Source: an uncultured Gemmatimonadales bacterium
GTDB taxonomy: Bacteria > Gemmatimonadota > Gemmatimonadetes > Gemmatimonadales > Gemmatimonadaceae
Direction of reading: 5' to 3'
Assembly (NCBI GenBank): GCA_963850905.1
Contig: CAWKMU010000003.1
Location: forward strand, 832,001-896,000
Length of the DNA stretch: 64,000 bases
Shown here: in pieces, positions 20,651 through 31,157 of the stretch
Numbering within the stretch: the stretch's first letter is position 1
Layout: the number at the start of each line of letters is the position of its first letter
Program-made: the position numbers and the translations under genes
The notes under the pieces: model-generated
What the model saw: the letters and a program-made list of their open reading frames with translations, nothing else
Database searches by the model: none
Told to the model about the DNA's origin: nothing

Positions 20651-23584
20651 ATGAAGCTGATTCGAATCACCTGTCTGATCGCGCTGACCGGGCGCGTCAC
20701 GGTCGTCCACGCGCAAGGGGCGACGGCGCATGAGCCATCCGCCCTGCGCGTCATGGGGCGAGTGATCGACGCAACAGCCACCGCACCGATCGCCGACGCA
20801 ACGATCAGCGTCAGCGGAACCACGATCGCGGCACACACGAATCGCGACGGTCAATTCGCGATCGCCGTGCCAACGGATGCCACGTCGTTCGTCGTTCGCC
20901 GCTCGGGGTTTCTCACGGCCCAGGTCCCAATCACTACTGGTAAAACCGATTACTCCATCATCCTCACCAAGGACGTCCTGCATTTCCAAACCGACGCGGT
21001 GAGTGGACTCGTGACGACCGTGTCATCCCAGAACGCCGCTGTTGCCATTGGCGGTGTAGTGACGCAGGACACGATACAACCTCCCCCGCCGCGTCTCGAA
21101 ACATTGATCGAAGGTGCGGTCCCGGGCGCGACGATCGAGTCCAGCACGAGCGATGCCCCTGGCGAGGGGATGCAGTTGCAGCTCCGGGGGCCTACGACCG
21201 TCTACGATGCCGCCTCCCCGCTCTACGTGATGGATGGTGTGTTGCTGATCAATCAGCTGGGCGCGAACCCGCTGGCCAACGGCGGCTTCCCAGAGGGCAA
21301 CGGGATCAATCGGATCGCCGACATCGACCCCGGTGACATCGCGCGCATCGAGATACTCAAGGGCGCGGCAGCCACGTCCATCTACGGCTCGAAGGCGGCC
21401 GCCGGCGCCGTGATCATCACGACCAAACGAGGGACGCACAGCGAACCGCACTGGGAGATCGACGGCCAAATTGGCCATTACTCCCTCGCGAATGAGGTTC
21501 CTGTTCGGCAGTTCCCGACGCTCCAGAGCGCGCAGGCGTGGTATCTCGGGGACGTGACACACGACTCGACCGCTCAGGCCACTGCCGCGGATGACGCGCT
21601 CATTCGCGGCATGTATGCCGGTCCGGAGAACTATCAGAGGCAGCTTTTCGGCAACACGCGGATGGCCTATCTGGGGAGCGTGAGTGCCAGCGGGATGCTG
21701 GGCGGCACACAGTACTATGTGTCCGCACTCTCGAAGTACGACAATGGCGTGTTGCTCAACACCGGCGATGACAAGCAGTCGGTGCGGGGCAACATCACGC
21801 AACACATCGGGTCCCGGTTCTTTGCCACGGCGAATCTGAATTACGTGAGCGACGTGACGCGCCAGGGATACGCGGCCGCGAACCCGTACGAGGTGATGAC
21901 GTACACGCCTGGGTTCGTGGCCCTCGACCAGCCGGATCCGAACGGCGCCTGGCCGCACAACCCCTTCGGCCCGTCAAACCCGTTTGCAGACGCGCTCGGG
22001 ATCTCGGCGCCGCTCAACACCAGCCGATTCATCGCTGGGGGTTCCATCGGGCTGACCGTTTGGCGCTCGACACACCAGAGTGTCGAGATCCAGGCCACGG
22101 GCGGCGCCGATCGTGCCGACCTGCACGACCGGCTGTTGGTGCCACCGAATCTAGAGTCGCAAGAGAGTCAAACGCTGCCCGGTCTGTCAGTCACGAACGT
22201 CGGCCGAATCAGCTACTCGAACTACGCTGGGCATCTCACGCATCATTACGCTGGCAACTGGATCGATGCGACCACGACAGTCGGATACGGTACGGACCGT
22301 GAGGCAAACACCAACCCGGTGACGATCGAGCAGAACCTGCTGACCGGGATCAATAGTCCGACGACTGGCACGGTGGAGAGCGAATTCTTCCAGGAGACGC
22401 ACACGCTTCAGCACGCCTACTACGCGCAGGAGCAGCTCATCACCCTCGCGTCGAAGCTCGCGCTCACTGCCGGTGTGACTGCCGAAAATTCGACCTTGAA
22501 CGGCAATACGAAGGAGTTTTACCCGTACCCGCGCTATTCCGCGTCCTACCGCATTCCGCACCCGTTCGCGATTGCGGACGAAGTCAAGTTCCGCGTCGCC
22601 TACGGAACGTCCGGCAACCTGGCACCGTACGGCGCGACGTTCGCGCCATATCAGCCGACGACTATCAGCGGTAGCAATGGCGTCTACCCCGGAGCGAGCG
22701 AGACACCGCAGTTCAAGCCGGAGGTCGAGCGCGAGACGGAGCTCGGTTTCGACATGCCCATGTTCCACGCTCGCGCACAGCTATCCGCCACCGTGTACCA
22801 GAAGCGGATTAGCGATCTCGTAGTCGAGTCGGCCGTCAACCAGCAGTTCGGGCCCGTCTTCTTCAACGGCGGCGCATTCAGCAACTACGGGGCCGAGCTC
22901 GAGGTACAGGCAACGCCGGTCCAGATGGCGAATGGCCTCACGTGGACCTCGACAACCACCTTCTATCGCAACTACAGCGTCGTCGACGCGCTGGCGACCG
23001 GCCAGTTCTTTACGGGACCGAACTATGGCCTGGGCGACAATCTCGTCGTCGTCGGTCGCTCGCTCACGGAGCTGGTCAATCCGAATCGAGCGGCGGCCAA
23101 TGGCTTGCCGCTGCAGGTGGGAGACATCATGCCAAGCTACGAGATGTCTCTTGGCAACGCCGTCAGCTTTCACAATGTCCGCATCTTCGCCCTCGCTGAC
23201 TGGAGCCGCGGCGGGACTGCCACTGACCTACTGGGGTACTATTTCGCTTTCAGCACCCTCACCGCGGACTCGGCGCTGGCGGCTCGACAACAAACGTCGC
23301 TCGAAGCGGGAGGGATGCCATTCACGGAGTCAGCGACATACTTCACCTTACGCCAGGTGGTCCTCACCTACTCGCTGCCGACTCGAGTCGTCGCTCGCGT
23401 GGGGTTCGGCCGGTTGACCAGCGTCCGCCTCAACCTCAGTGCCTACGACCTCTGGTCGACCTTCAGCTACAAGGGTCTGGATCCACAGGCAGGCGAGTTT
23501 GGCAACCTCTCCGCCGTCGGCTTCGAGCCGACACCGTACCCGCCGGCCCGCAGCTACTACCTCGGCGTCGCTGTCGGTATTTAA
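20651..23584 (+). CDS. SusC/RagA-like TonB-dependent outer membrane receptor
   Basis: N-terminal carboxypeptidase-regulatory-like domain; PLYVMDGV; DIARIEILKGAAATSIYGSKAAAGAVIITTKRG plug; KPEVERETELG; C-terminal YPPARSYYLGV. Confidence 0.92.
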   Translation: MKLIRITCLIALTGRVTVVHAQGATAHEPSALRVMGRVIDATATAPIADATISVSGTTIAAHTNRDGQFAIAVPTDATSFVVRRSGFLTAQVPITTGKTDYSIILTKDVLHFQTDAVSGLVTTVSSQNAAVAIGGVVTQDTIQPPPPRLETLIEGAVPGATIESSTSDAPGEGMQLQLRGPTTVYDAASPLYVMDGVLLINQLGANPLANGGFPEGNGINRIADIDPGDIARIEILKGAAATSIYGSKAAAGAVIITTKRGTHSEPHWEIDGQIGHYSLANEVPVRQFPTLQSAQAWYLGDVTHDSTAQATAADDALIRGMYAGPENYQRQLFGNTRMAYLGSVSASGMLGGTQYYVSALSKYDNGVLLNTGDDKQSVRGNITQHIGSRFFATANLNYVSDVTRQGYAAANPYEVMTYTPGFVALDQPDPNGAWPHNPFGPSNPFADALGISAPLNTSRFIAGGSIGLTVWRSTHQSVEIQATGGADRADLHDRLLVPPNLESQESQTLPGLSVTNVGRISYSNYAGHLTHHYAGNWIDATTTVGYGTDREANTNPVTIEQNLLTGINSPTTGTVESEFFQETHTLQHAYYAQEQLITLASKLALTAGVTAENSTLNGNTKEFYPYPRYSASYRIPHPFAIADEVKFRVAYGTSGNLAPYGATFAPYQPTTISGSNGVYPGASETPQFKPEVERETELGFDMPMFHARAQLSATVYQKRISDLVVESAVNQQFGPVFFNGGAFSNYGAELEVQATPVQMANGLTWTSTTTFYRNYSVVDALATGQFFTGPNYGLGDNLVVVGRSLTELVNPNRAAANGLPLQVGDIMPSYEMSLGNAVSFHNVRIFALADWSRGGTATDLLGYYFAFSTLTADSALAARQQTSLEAGGMPFTESATYFTLRQVVLTYSLPTRVVARVGFGRLTSVRLNLSAYDLWSTFSYKGLDPQAGEFGNLSAVGFEPTPYPPARSYYLGVAVGI

Positions 23585-23676
23585 GCCCGTCGCCGGTGCA
23601 AACGGACCGCGCGCCGGGGTCGCCGTCCGTGCCAGACGCACCACTTGGGACACCCACATGAACGATGCTCCGGCGG

Positions 23677-23700
23677 GTAGGGGCGACGCATGCGTCGCCC
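23677..23700 (+). repeat. Family-1 REP
   Basis: GTAGGGGCGACGCATGCGTCGCCC. Confidence 0.85.
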
Positions 23701-23821
23701 TCCATCGCCGCCCGCACCACGTCCGCGTCGGGGCATCCGCAAGTCTTTGCCAAGTACTGTACGTCGCGGTAGCTTCTCCACTCCGTAGCCCGATTAGTCC
23801 TCCCCTGTAGACAGAAGTTCT

Positions 23822-24517
23822 ATGCAGACCTCTCCGACATCGCGCCACGGCCGTGGCCTCGCGCAGCCGGTGGCGAGGCTGTCCCGCCGATGGCTTCGCT
23901 GGATGGGCTCGATCGCAGGGCTGGCACTCGTGCTCGCGGCGACCCACCAGGCCGCGCGTGCGCAAGCCCCGACGAGCCGATACGACACGGCGGACGTGCA
24001 GTTCATGCAAGGCATGATCGCACACCATGCGCAGGCGCTGGCGATGGTCGCACTGATCCCCACACATACGAGCCGCCCCGAGCTGCAGATGATCGGTGAG
24101 CGCATCAAGATCTCTCAGACGGACGAGATCGCGCTCATGCAGCGCTGGCTGACCGACCATCATGATGTCGTGCCGACAGTGGATGCCGACAACGTCGCAC
24201 ACATGCCCGGAGCCGATATGCCCGGCATGCACATGTCAGGCGGGACGATGATGATGCCGGGCATGTTGACGCCGGAGCAGATGAGGCAGCTCGCCAATGC
24301 CAAGGACACGCAGTTCGACACGCTGTTTCTCGTGGGCATGATCCACCATCACGAAGGCGCGCTCGCGATGGTCAAGTCGCTCCTCGGCACGGCGGGCGCG
24401 GCGCAAGGACCCGACGTCTTCACCTTTGCGGCGGATGCGGACGCCGATCAGCGCGCAGAGATCAAACGCATGCAGGCCGTGCTGGCCACTATCAATACCC
24501 AAGGCCACAAGTCCTGA
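23822..24517 (+). CDS. DUF305 domain protein (secreted, ferritin-like)
   Basis: ADVQFMQGMIAHHAQALAM and FLVGMIHHHEGALAM duplicated motifs; Met-rich linker. Confidence 0.9.
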   Translation: MQTSPTSRHGRGLAQPVARLSRRWLRWMGSIAGLALVLAATHQAARAQAPTSRYDTADVQFMQGMIAHHAQALAMVALIPTHTSRPELQMIGERIKISQTDEIALMQRWLTDHHDVVPTVDADNVAHMPGADMPGMHMSGGTMMMPGMLTPEQMRQLANAKDTQFDTLFLVGMIHHHEGALAMVKSLLGTAGAAQGPDVFTFAADADADQRAEIKRMQAVLATINTQGHKS

Positions 24518-24612
24518 CCGCTCCCGGTGCGGAGCATGTTGTACCGGTACGTGACAGGTCGAACGACATCACTAGCACTTCCACCACGAGATTCGAGAGG
24601 AGAGGCAGATCA

Positions 24613-26421
24613 ATGACTTGGCGTTCGCGCACACGATCGACGGGAGCGGTGATGCGACCGCTCGGCGTCGCCATTGGCGCGCTCACGTGCGCCGCAGTAG
24701 CCGGCGCGCAAATGGCAAACTCCAGTGACCCGCGGGTCGGCCTTGCGGGTGGCCACTGGATCGAAGCGGGTTCGGCCATCAGCAACCTGGACATGGTTGC
24801 ACACGTCGATCGGCCGACCGGATTCTCGAACCCGAGCAACCTGGGTGACTGGACCGTTATCAACTCCGATCTGGCCTTTAGTGGGAACTACATCTTCCAG
24901 GGCAACTTTCACGGGATTCAGATCTGGGACGTGTCGGATATCGGACATCCCACGCTGAAGACGACGGTCGTCTGCCCGGGCGGCCAGGGTGATCCGTCGA
25001 TCTATGGCAATTTGATGTTCGTGTCCGTCGAAACCGAGGACGGGCGCGTCGACTGCGGGACGCAGGGCGTCAAGGATTCAGTGAGCCCGGACCGATTCCG
25101 CGGTGTTCGGATTTTCGACATCAGCGACATCACGCACCCCAAGCAAATAGCGGCCGTGCAAACCTGTCGGGGCTCGCACACCCACACGCTCCTCCCCGAC
25201 CCGGTCGACAAGAACGTGCTCTACGTGTACGTGCAGGGGACCGCACCGGTCCGGCCGGGCGCCGAGCTCGCCGGATGCTCGGGCGGCACGGCGGAGCAGA
25301 ACCCGAACACGGCGCGATTCCGAATCGAAGTCATCAAGGTGCCCCTGAACGCACCGCAGGACGCCAAGGTCGTGGCCGAGCCACGCATCTTCGCCGATGC
25401 CAAGACCGGTGCGATCAATGGTCTGAACAAGGGGAGCGAGGGCGACTCGCTCAAAGGCGTGCAGGAGCAGGGGCTCACAGACCAGTGCCACGACATCACA
25501 GTGTATCCCGCGACCGGCCTGGCTGCCGGGGCATGCTCGGGCAACGGCATTTTGCTCGACATTCACAATCCTGCGGCGCCGAAGCGCATCGCGGAGGTCA
25601 GCGATCCGAACTTCGCGTACTTCCACTCGGCCACCTTCAGCAACGATGGCAAGGAAGTGATCTTCACGGACGAGTGGGGCGGTGGCGTTGCACCTCGCTG
25701 CCGGGCGAACGACCCGATCAAGTGGGGCGGTGATGCGATCTTCAGCGTGATGCCCGACAGGACGCTGAAGCTCGAAGGGTACTACAAGATGCCCGCGCCG
25801 CAGACCGCGACCGAGAATTGCGTCGCGCACAACGGATCGTTGATCCCGGTCCCGGGCCGCAACATCGCGGTGCAGGCGTGGTATCAGGGCGGGCTCTCCG
25901 TGTTCGACTTCACCGACCCGGCGCACGCGAAGGAGATCGCGTATTTCGACCGCGGCCCACTCGACGTCAACACGCTGTACCTCGCGGGCTACTGGTCGGC
26001 GTACTGGTACAATGGCCACATCTACGGCTCCGAGATCGCGCGTGGTCTCGACATCTTCGCGCTCAAGCCGAGCCAGTTCCTGTCGCAGAATGAGATCGAT
26101 GCGGCTGGGTTGGTGAAGTTCACGACGTCCAATCCGTCTGACCAGCAGAAGCTGATGTGGCCAGCGGCGTTCGTGGTCTCGCGTGCGTACCTGGATCAGC
26201 TCGAGCGCATGCAGGGCCTGTCCGGCGATCGGATCTCGTCGATCCGGGGTGATCTCGACAAAGCCGAGCAGATGCAGGGCGCCCAGCAAAAGAGCGCACT
26301 GGAGAAGCTCGCCAAGCGCGTCGACGGCGACGCGAAGGGCGCGCAGGACGCTGGGCGTGTGCGAGATCTCGCAGCGTCGATCAAGGGCCTGGCTGGCAAG
26401 GGTACCGCAAGCGGTGGATGA
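24613..26421 (+). CDS. LVIVD-repeat secreted protein
   Basis: NSDLAFSGN, CPGGQGD, QTCRGSHTH, CHDITV, ENCVAHNG, AWYQGG; adjacent to the DUF305 gene. Confidence 0.85.
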   Translation: MTWRSRTRSTGAVMRPLGVAIGALTCAAVAGAQMANSSDPRVGLAGGHWIEAGSAISNLDMVAHVDRPTGFSNPSNLGDWTVINSDLAFSGNYIFQGNFHGIQIWDVSDIGHPTLKTTVVCPGGQGDPSIYGNLMFVSVETEDGRVDCGTQGVKDSVSPDRFRGVRIFDISDITHPKQIAAVQTCRGSHTHTLLPDPVDKNVLYVYVQGTAPVRPGAELAGCSGGTAEQNPNTARFRIEVIKVPLNAPQDAKVVAEPRIFADAKTGAINGLNKGSEGDSLKGVQEQGLTDQCHDITVYPATGLAAGACSGNGILLDIHNPAAPKRIAEVSDPNFAYFHSATFSNDGKEVIFTDEWGGGVAPRCRANDPIKWGGDAIFSVMPDRTLKLEGYYKMPAPQTATENCVAHNGSLIPVPGRNIAVQAWYQGGLSVFDFTDPAHAKEIAYFDRGPLDVNTLYLAGYWSAYWYNGHIYGSEIARGLDIFALKPSQFLSQNEIDAAGLVKFTTSNPSDQQKLMWPAAFVVSRAYLDQLERMQGLSGDRISSIRGDLDKAEQMQGAQQKSALEKLAKRVDGDAKGAQDAGRVRDLAASIKGLAGKGTASGG

Positions 26422-26435
26422 GTAGGACCTGAACG

Positions 26436-26582
26436 GCGGGATCAGGGGTCAGGAACAAATTCAAAGGCCGGTCACGGTGCACAGTGACCGGCCTTTGGAC
26501 CGGTAGGGGCGACGCATTGCGTCGCCCGTTGTTGTCGTTGCGGTTGTCGTTCGCCGACCCCAAACCCCAAACCCCAGACCCG
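26436..26582. repeat. Composite element: heptamer arm + GTGCAC hairpin + REP (26503) + inverted heptamer arm
   Basis: caaaggccggtcac-ggtgcaca-gtgaccggcctttg (26462-26497), REP, then (accccaa)n; lies between convergent genes. Confidence 0.85.
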
Positions 26583-26586
26583 CAGT

Positions 26587-28086
26587 TCAGCCTCCGCCCC
26601 CCATTCCCGGCACCGGCTGCGGCGAATCATACATCGAGTCCGCCGTCGCACTCAGTCCAAGTTGTTGAGCGGTGTTGCTGCCCCAACAGTACATCACGTT
26701 GTTCGTCGTATAGCCGCAGGTGGACGTGCCACCCGCCATGATCGTTTTGAACGTCAGCCCACCGACCACGATGGTCGGCGTGGCCCCGCTCGACGAGAAC
26801 GATCCCGACCCGAGGGCGCCGTGATCATTGGCGCCCCAGCAGTACGCCGCGCCCGACGCAGTCAGCCCGCACGCGTGCGGACCGAACATCGAGATCGCGG
26901 TGAAGGTGAGTCCGGACATCTGCACTGCGGTGGGGGTGTATTCCGTGCTGGTCGTTCCGTTGCCGTTGACTTCGGAGCCCCAACAGTAGACCGTGCCGCC
27001 GCTGGCCAAGCCGCAGACAGCGATCGTTCCGACTGCGAGTGAAGTAAAGACCTGGCCGCCCGCGACGAGTTTCGCCGAGTCGGTCCACGCCGGCGAGCTA
27101 CTGCCGATCCCCAACGCACCTTCGGAGTTGCTTCCCCAACAGTATGCTGCACCGGCCGTGCTGAGCGCGCACGCGTATTGAGACCCGGCGGCAACCGATT
27201 TGAAAGTCACTCCGCTCGGGACACTAACCTTGGCGGGCGCCCAGCGATGGACGGTATCGCCGGTGCCGTCAGCCCCCTGGCCGTTGGGTCCCCAGCAGTA
27301 CGCCACGCCGCTCGACATGCCGCAGCTATTGCCCCAGCCGACGCTGACCGAAGTGAAGGTCATGCCGCTACCGGCGCTGACCGGCGTCGTGTACGGGGAA
27401 CCGCCCGGGGCCGTTCCGTTTCCGAAGTTCCCGTAGCTCGGATCTCCCCAGCAGTACAGCGCGCCGCCGGTCGCGACACCACACGCTACAAAGATCCCGG
27501 CGCTGATCTGAGTGAAGGTGTGGTTGCCCGATACCGGGACCGGACCCGTGTGCGCGGTCGTTGTGCCATTGCCAAGCAAGCCACTGAGACTGTTACCCCA
27601 ACAAAACGCCGCACCCTGGCTCGTCAGCCCGCAGCTGGCGAACAGCCCAGCGGAGAGATTGGCTGCACCGTTCGCGAGCACGATGAAGGACGATCCGCTA
27701 AACGTGACGCTGTGACCGTTGATAGCAGCGCTCACCGTGTACGCACCGGGCAAGCCGCTCAGAACCGGCGAGAACTGGGCCTGACCGCTCGCGTTCGTCG
27801 TCGTGATGTTCTGCTGCTGCGATCCGCCAAACATCGTCGTCAACCATGACACCGAAGTGCCGGTGACCGACTGGCCCACCGAGTCCGTGACTTTGACCAC
27901 CAACGGCTTGGGGATCGTCGCCTCGTATGCGCCCGTTTGGCTGTCGCCGCTGACTTTTGCGATGTTGGTCGGAGTGCCGCCCGACGGCCCCGTCGCGCTG
28001 CCGCCGCTGCTCGAACCGCAGGCCACGACAATCGCTGTCGTGACAATGGCCAGGAACGCGTACAATCGCTGCTCGTGCCGCCGCAT
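26587..28086 (-). CDS. Lipoprotein with an Ig-like domain and RCC1/BLIP-II repeats
   Basis: IVVAC lipobox; SGDSQTG..PLVVKVTD Ig-like start; about 7 repeats of CGLxxxGxAYCWGxN. Confidence 0.9.
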   Translation of the reverse strand: MRRHEQRLYAFLAIVTTAIVVACGSSSGGSATGPSGGTPTNIAKVSGDSQTGAYEATIPKPLVVKVTDSVGQSVTGTSVSWLTTMFGGSQQQNITTTNASGQAQFSPVLSGLPGAYTVSAAINGHSVTFSGSSFIVLANGAANLSAGLFASCGLTSQGAAFCWGNSLSGLLGNGTTTAHTGPVPVSGNHTFTQISAGIFVACGVATGGALYCWGDPSYGNFGNGTAPGGSPYTTPVSAGSGMTFTSVSVGWGNSCGMSSGVAYCWGPNGQGADGTGDTVHRWAPAKVSVPSGVTFKSVAAGSQYACALSTAGAAYCWGSNSEGALGIGSSSPAWTDSAKLVAGGQVFTSLAVGTIAVCGLASGGTVYCWGSEVNGNGTTSTEYTPTAVQMSGLTFTAISMFGPHACGLTASGAAYCWGANDHGALGSGSFSSSGATPTIVVGGLTFKTIMAGGTSTCGYTTNNVMYCWGSNTAQQLGLSATADSMYDSPQPVPGMGGGG

Positions 28087-28153
28087 TGGAATTCCCCGTT
28101 TGCTGTGCAAGCAGGACGAGCGGCGCGGGATGGGAGAAACGGTTGTGTGGCCG

Positions 28154-29101
28154 CTACCCGGCCTTCCGCAGCTCCACCGCCAATCCCCACGGATCCCGGG
28201 TCACATACCCATCGACGGATGGCACGACATCGGCCCCTGAGCGCCGCAGGTTCTCCGCTGCAGCAGCGACCGCCGCGTCGTCGGGAAGCAGGAGCTGCCA
28301 TCGCAGCAGCCCGGCGTCGTCAGCACCGGCCGGAGTCGTGTTCGCGGCAAACGTGTTCAGTGCGACGTGGTGATGGTATCCGCCGGCCGAGACGAACAAG
28401 ATGCCAGGGAAGGCGGTCCAATTCACTTTGCTGAATCCGAGCCCGGCGTGATAGAACGATTCCGCGCGCGGGAGGTCGCCGACGTAGAAGTGCATGTGGC
28501 CAATCGTCGTTCCCGCTGGCAGACCTGAGTACGGATGGGGCCCGCCTTCCCGGAGCACGGCGTCGATGTCGAGAGGTTCGGTCGGACCGACCAACTCGCC
28601 GGTCCCGTTCACGACCCATTCGCGGCGCGGTCGATCGCGGTAGACCTCGACGGTGATCCCGTCGGGATCGGTCAGATAGGTCGCCTCACTGAAGAAATGG
28701 TCGGCAGCATTGACGTGCGCCCGAACCGCTGCGGCGTGCCGGAGGAACCGCCCCAGATCGCCACGGCTCGGCAAGAGCACCGCAAAGTGGTAGATACCAA
28801 TGCGGCCCCGCGGTGGGATAGGCCGCACCGAGGCCTTCTCACGAAGTTCTAGCAGGGGGCGACCATCCGCGCGAGCGCCAAGCACCGCTGATCGTTGACC
28901 CGAGTCGTCGGACCGGCCGAGGACGTGAAAGCCGATCACGTCGCGGTAGAACGCCAGGGAGCGGTCGAGGTCTGCAATCTGGAGTGTGACACCCCCAATG
29001 TGCGTGTCATCGGGCAGTCGAAATCCGGGTGGGCGCACGCCGACGCGGTCGCTGCTGAGCGACGGATACGGGACCAGGAGGGCGTCGTCTGCTGCTCTCA
29101 C
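28154..29101 (-). CDS. VOC/glyoxalase family protein (CatE/YfiE-like)
   Basis: GIYHFAVLLP, DHFFSEATYLTDPDG..EVYRD, IGHMH, SAGGYHHH. Confidence 0.88.
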   Translation of the reverse strand: MRAADDALLVPYPSLSSDRVGVRPPGFRLPDDTHIGGVTLQIADLDRSLAFYRDVIGFHVLGRSDDSGQRSAVLGARADGRPLLELREKASVRPIPPRGRIGIYHFAVLLPSRGDLGRFLRHAAAVRAHVNAADHFFSEATYLTDPDGITVEVYRDRPRREWVVNGTGELVGPTEPLDIDAVLREGGPHPYSGLPAGTTIGHMHFYVGDLPRAESFYHAGLGFSKVNWTAFPGILFVSAGGYHHHVALNTFAANTTPAGADDAGLLRWQLLLPDDAAVAAAAENLRRSGADVVPSVDGYVTRDPWGLAVELRKAG

Positions 29102-29114
29102 GATGCCACCGGAG

Positions 29115-30467
29115 TCAGGCGTTGCGTTGCTCCACTGCTCCGAGGAACACCTCACGCAGGCGACGCGCCACGAGCAGCTCCTCGCCATCTCGCAGCACGC
29201 GCGTACGCGCTGTCGCGTGCCAGACGGTCGTGCCGGGGTCCTGTGTGAGAATGACTTCGAGTTGCACGCGCGGAGATCCCTGCAAGAGCCGCTCACGCAG
29301 CGTCTCGCGTGTGAGCGGGATGTGCCGTTCGTCCCAGCGGAGATCAGCGTCCCCGAACCCCGCCGTGTTGAGCGCGTAGGTCGCGGTCAGTCCCGGCACG
29401 CCCTGCAGGCGAGCCACGATCCGTCGCGCGCGTTCGTTCCATCGCTCCGTCTCGGCCGCGTGGTCCTGTTGGACGAATCGCTCGAGCGCGACGATGAGCC
29501 CGACGATTTCCTCTTTGCCGACCTTCATGCCTCGACCCACATTGTCATTCGGGCTGGCATTGAGCCGGGCGGCCTCGATCAGCGAGCGTTTTCCGAGCAG
29601 GATGCCGGTGGCTTGCGGGCCACTAATGCACTTGCCACCGCTCAGCACGACGAGGTCCGCTCCGGCCGAGAGGAAGCGGTGGACGTTCCCCCACGGCGGG
29701 AGATCGGATGCCATGTCGATGAGGACCGGTACGCCCGCCTTGTTGCCGATCGCGATCAGCTCCTCCGGCTTGACGAGGTGTGCGTCGGGAGGCGGAGCCC
29801 GGTGGATCTCGAAGGGGGGCGCGAAGACGCCCTGTCGTTCGGCGATGCTCAAACCGGCGATCATTGCCGTCCGATCGCTGAGATGCGCTTCGAGGTCCTC
29901 GCGCGTCTTGGCTTCGACGATCGTCGCTCCAGCCGAGCGGTAGGCTCGATCGTAGTCGAATCGCTGGGCACTTTGGATCAGGCATTCGCACCGGGGCCAC
30001 GTGGGGTGCGGCAGCAACTCGGCCTTGTCCTTGTCCGTCCCTGTCAGACATGCCGCGGCGCCAAGGAGTAGCGCGGAGAACCCGCCACACGTGATCATCG
30101 CGGCCTCGGCGCCCAGAAGCTCCGCGGCGCGACGGCCGGCAGCGTCGTTGAGCTCGACCATGTCGACGAAATAGTCGTTCGCCTCGGTCATGGCCGAGAG
30201 CACTTCAGGCGGCATCCGACCGCCGCCGAGCCGCGAAATGTGCTCATGCGCGCCCAGATGCGGGCGCACGCCGAGCAGTCGGGTGTAGATGTTGTTGTCG
30301 AGGTCGCGTTGCGTGTTCGCAGCGCCTGGGGTCCGGACCGCCGCATTCGGCATTTCGCTGATGCTGCAGCCGGTCGCCGCTACGAGACCAGCGCTCGCCA
30401 ACCCGGCAGAAGCGAGCGCAGCCGAGCCAAGAAACTCGCGGCGATCAACCAGGATCCCTTCGGACAT
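29115..30467 (-). CDS. SelA-like / D-glucosaminate-6-phosphate ammonia-lyase-like PLP enzyme with a Tat signal
   Basis: DRREFLG Tat motif; GADLVVLSGGKCISGPQATG; GRGMKVGKEEIVG. Confidence 0.82.
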   Translation of the reverse strand: MSEGILVDRREFLGSAALASAGLASAGLVAATGCSISEMPNAAVRTPGAANTQRDLDNNIYTRLLGVRPHLGAHEHISRLGGGRMPPEVLSAMTEANDYFVDMVELNDAAGRRAAELLGAEAAMITCGGFSALLLGAAACLTGTDKDKAELLPHPTWPRCECLIQSAQRFDYDRAYRSAGATIVEAKTREDLEAHLSDRTAMIAGLSIAERQGVFAPPFEIHRAPPPDAHLVKPEELIAIGNKAGVPVLIDMASDLPPWGNVHRFLSAGADLVVLSGGKCISGPQATGILLGKRSLIEAARLNASPNDNVGRGMKVGKEEIVGLIVALERFVQQDHAAETERWNERARRIVARLQGVPGLTATYALNTAGFGDADLRWDERHIPLTRETLRERLLQGSPRVQLEVILTQDPGTTVWHATARTRVLRDGEELLVARRLREVFLGAVEQRNA

Positions 30468-30786
30468 GTTCACATTCCCTGCTGGGCGCCCCCCACTGCA
30501 GGCGCGTGGTGTTCCGATGCAACCGATAGCTTCCCGCCCCGTGAGAGGTAAGTCAACCCAAGCCTCTCTGTCTCCGAGGGTTACCGCCGTCGTGTCCACC
30601 CCAAACAGGTGTTACGCCCACGAGGGAGCGATCAACTCCTGCACCCCGGTAGAGACCCGGCATTGCGTGTGACACATGTCACAGCCCCGCAGTGCGCCCG
30701 ACGCTTTATTTGGGGCTCCCCGCACCACACGCGCGCGGTACATCGATCGGCCGCGCCCCTGTACCGTAACCCTGCGAGCCAACCGG

Positions 30787-31035
30787 ATGGGGAATCTGTT
30801 CAATAGCATGGAGTTCGTCTGGCGCAAACGCGCCGACGAGAGCGAAGAGCCCCAAGTCCCGCGCAACGTGTCGCGAGCCGAGCGCATCCGTCGCGAGCGC
30901 GTGGCCGCCCGCATGCGCCGCGACCCCGTATTCGCGGACTTCACCGCCGAAGCCCAAGACAAGCTGATTCGCGCCGCGCTGACGGACAGCTGGGATTCGG
31001 TCTTGCCCCGGCTACCGAGGATTGGGCCGGAGTAG
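30787..31035 (+). CDS. Small charged hypothetical protein
   Basis: ORF with GC-typical codon use, followed by a hairpin element; no recognised motif. Confidence 0.5.
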   Translation: MGNLFNSMEFVWRKRADESEEPQVPRNVSRAERIRRERVAARMRRDPVFADFTAEAQDKLIRAALTDSWDSVLPRLPRIGPE

Positions 31036-31050
31036 CGGGACGGCAAACGG

Positions 31051-31153
31051 CGGGGTCGGGGATCAGGGATCAGGAGCAAATCGAAAGGCCAGTCGCCGTG
31101 AACTGCGACTGGCCTTCTGAGTTAGTTCCCCCGACCCCTGACACCTGACCCCG
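31051..31153. repeat. Heptamer-arm hairpin element between convergent genes
   Basis: Core aaggccagtcgc-cgtgaact-gcgactggcctt (31085-31116); arms gggatca / cctgacc. Confidence 0.85.
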
Positions 31154-31157
31154 CCGT

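Noticed and set aside
29115..30467. True selenocysteine synthase selA
   Set aside because: It has a Tat signal, no sel genes are nearby, and the motifs fit the SelA-like lyase branch.
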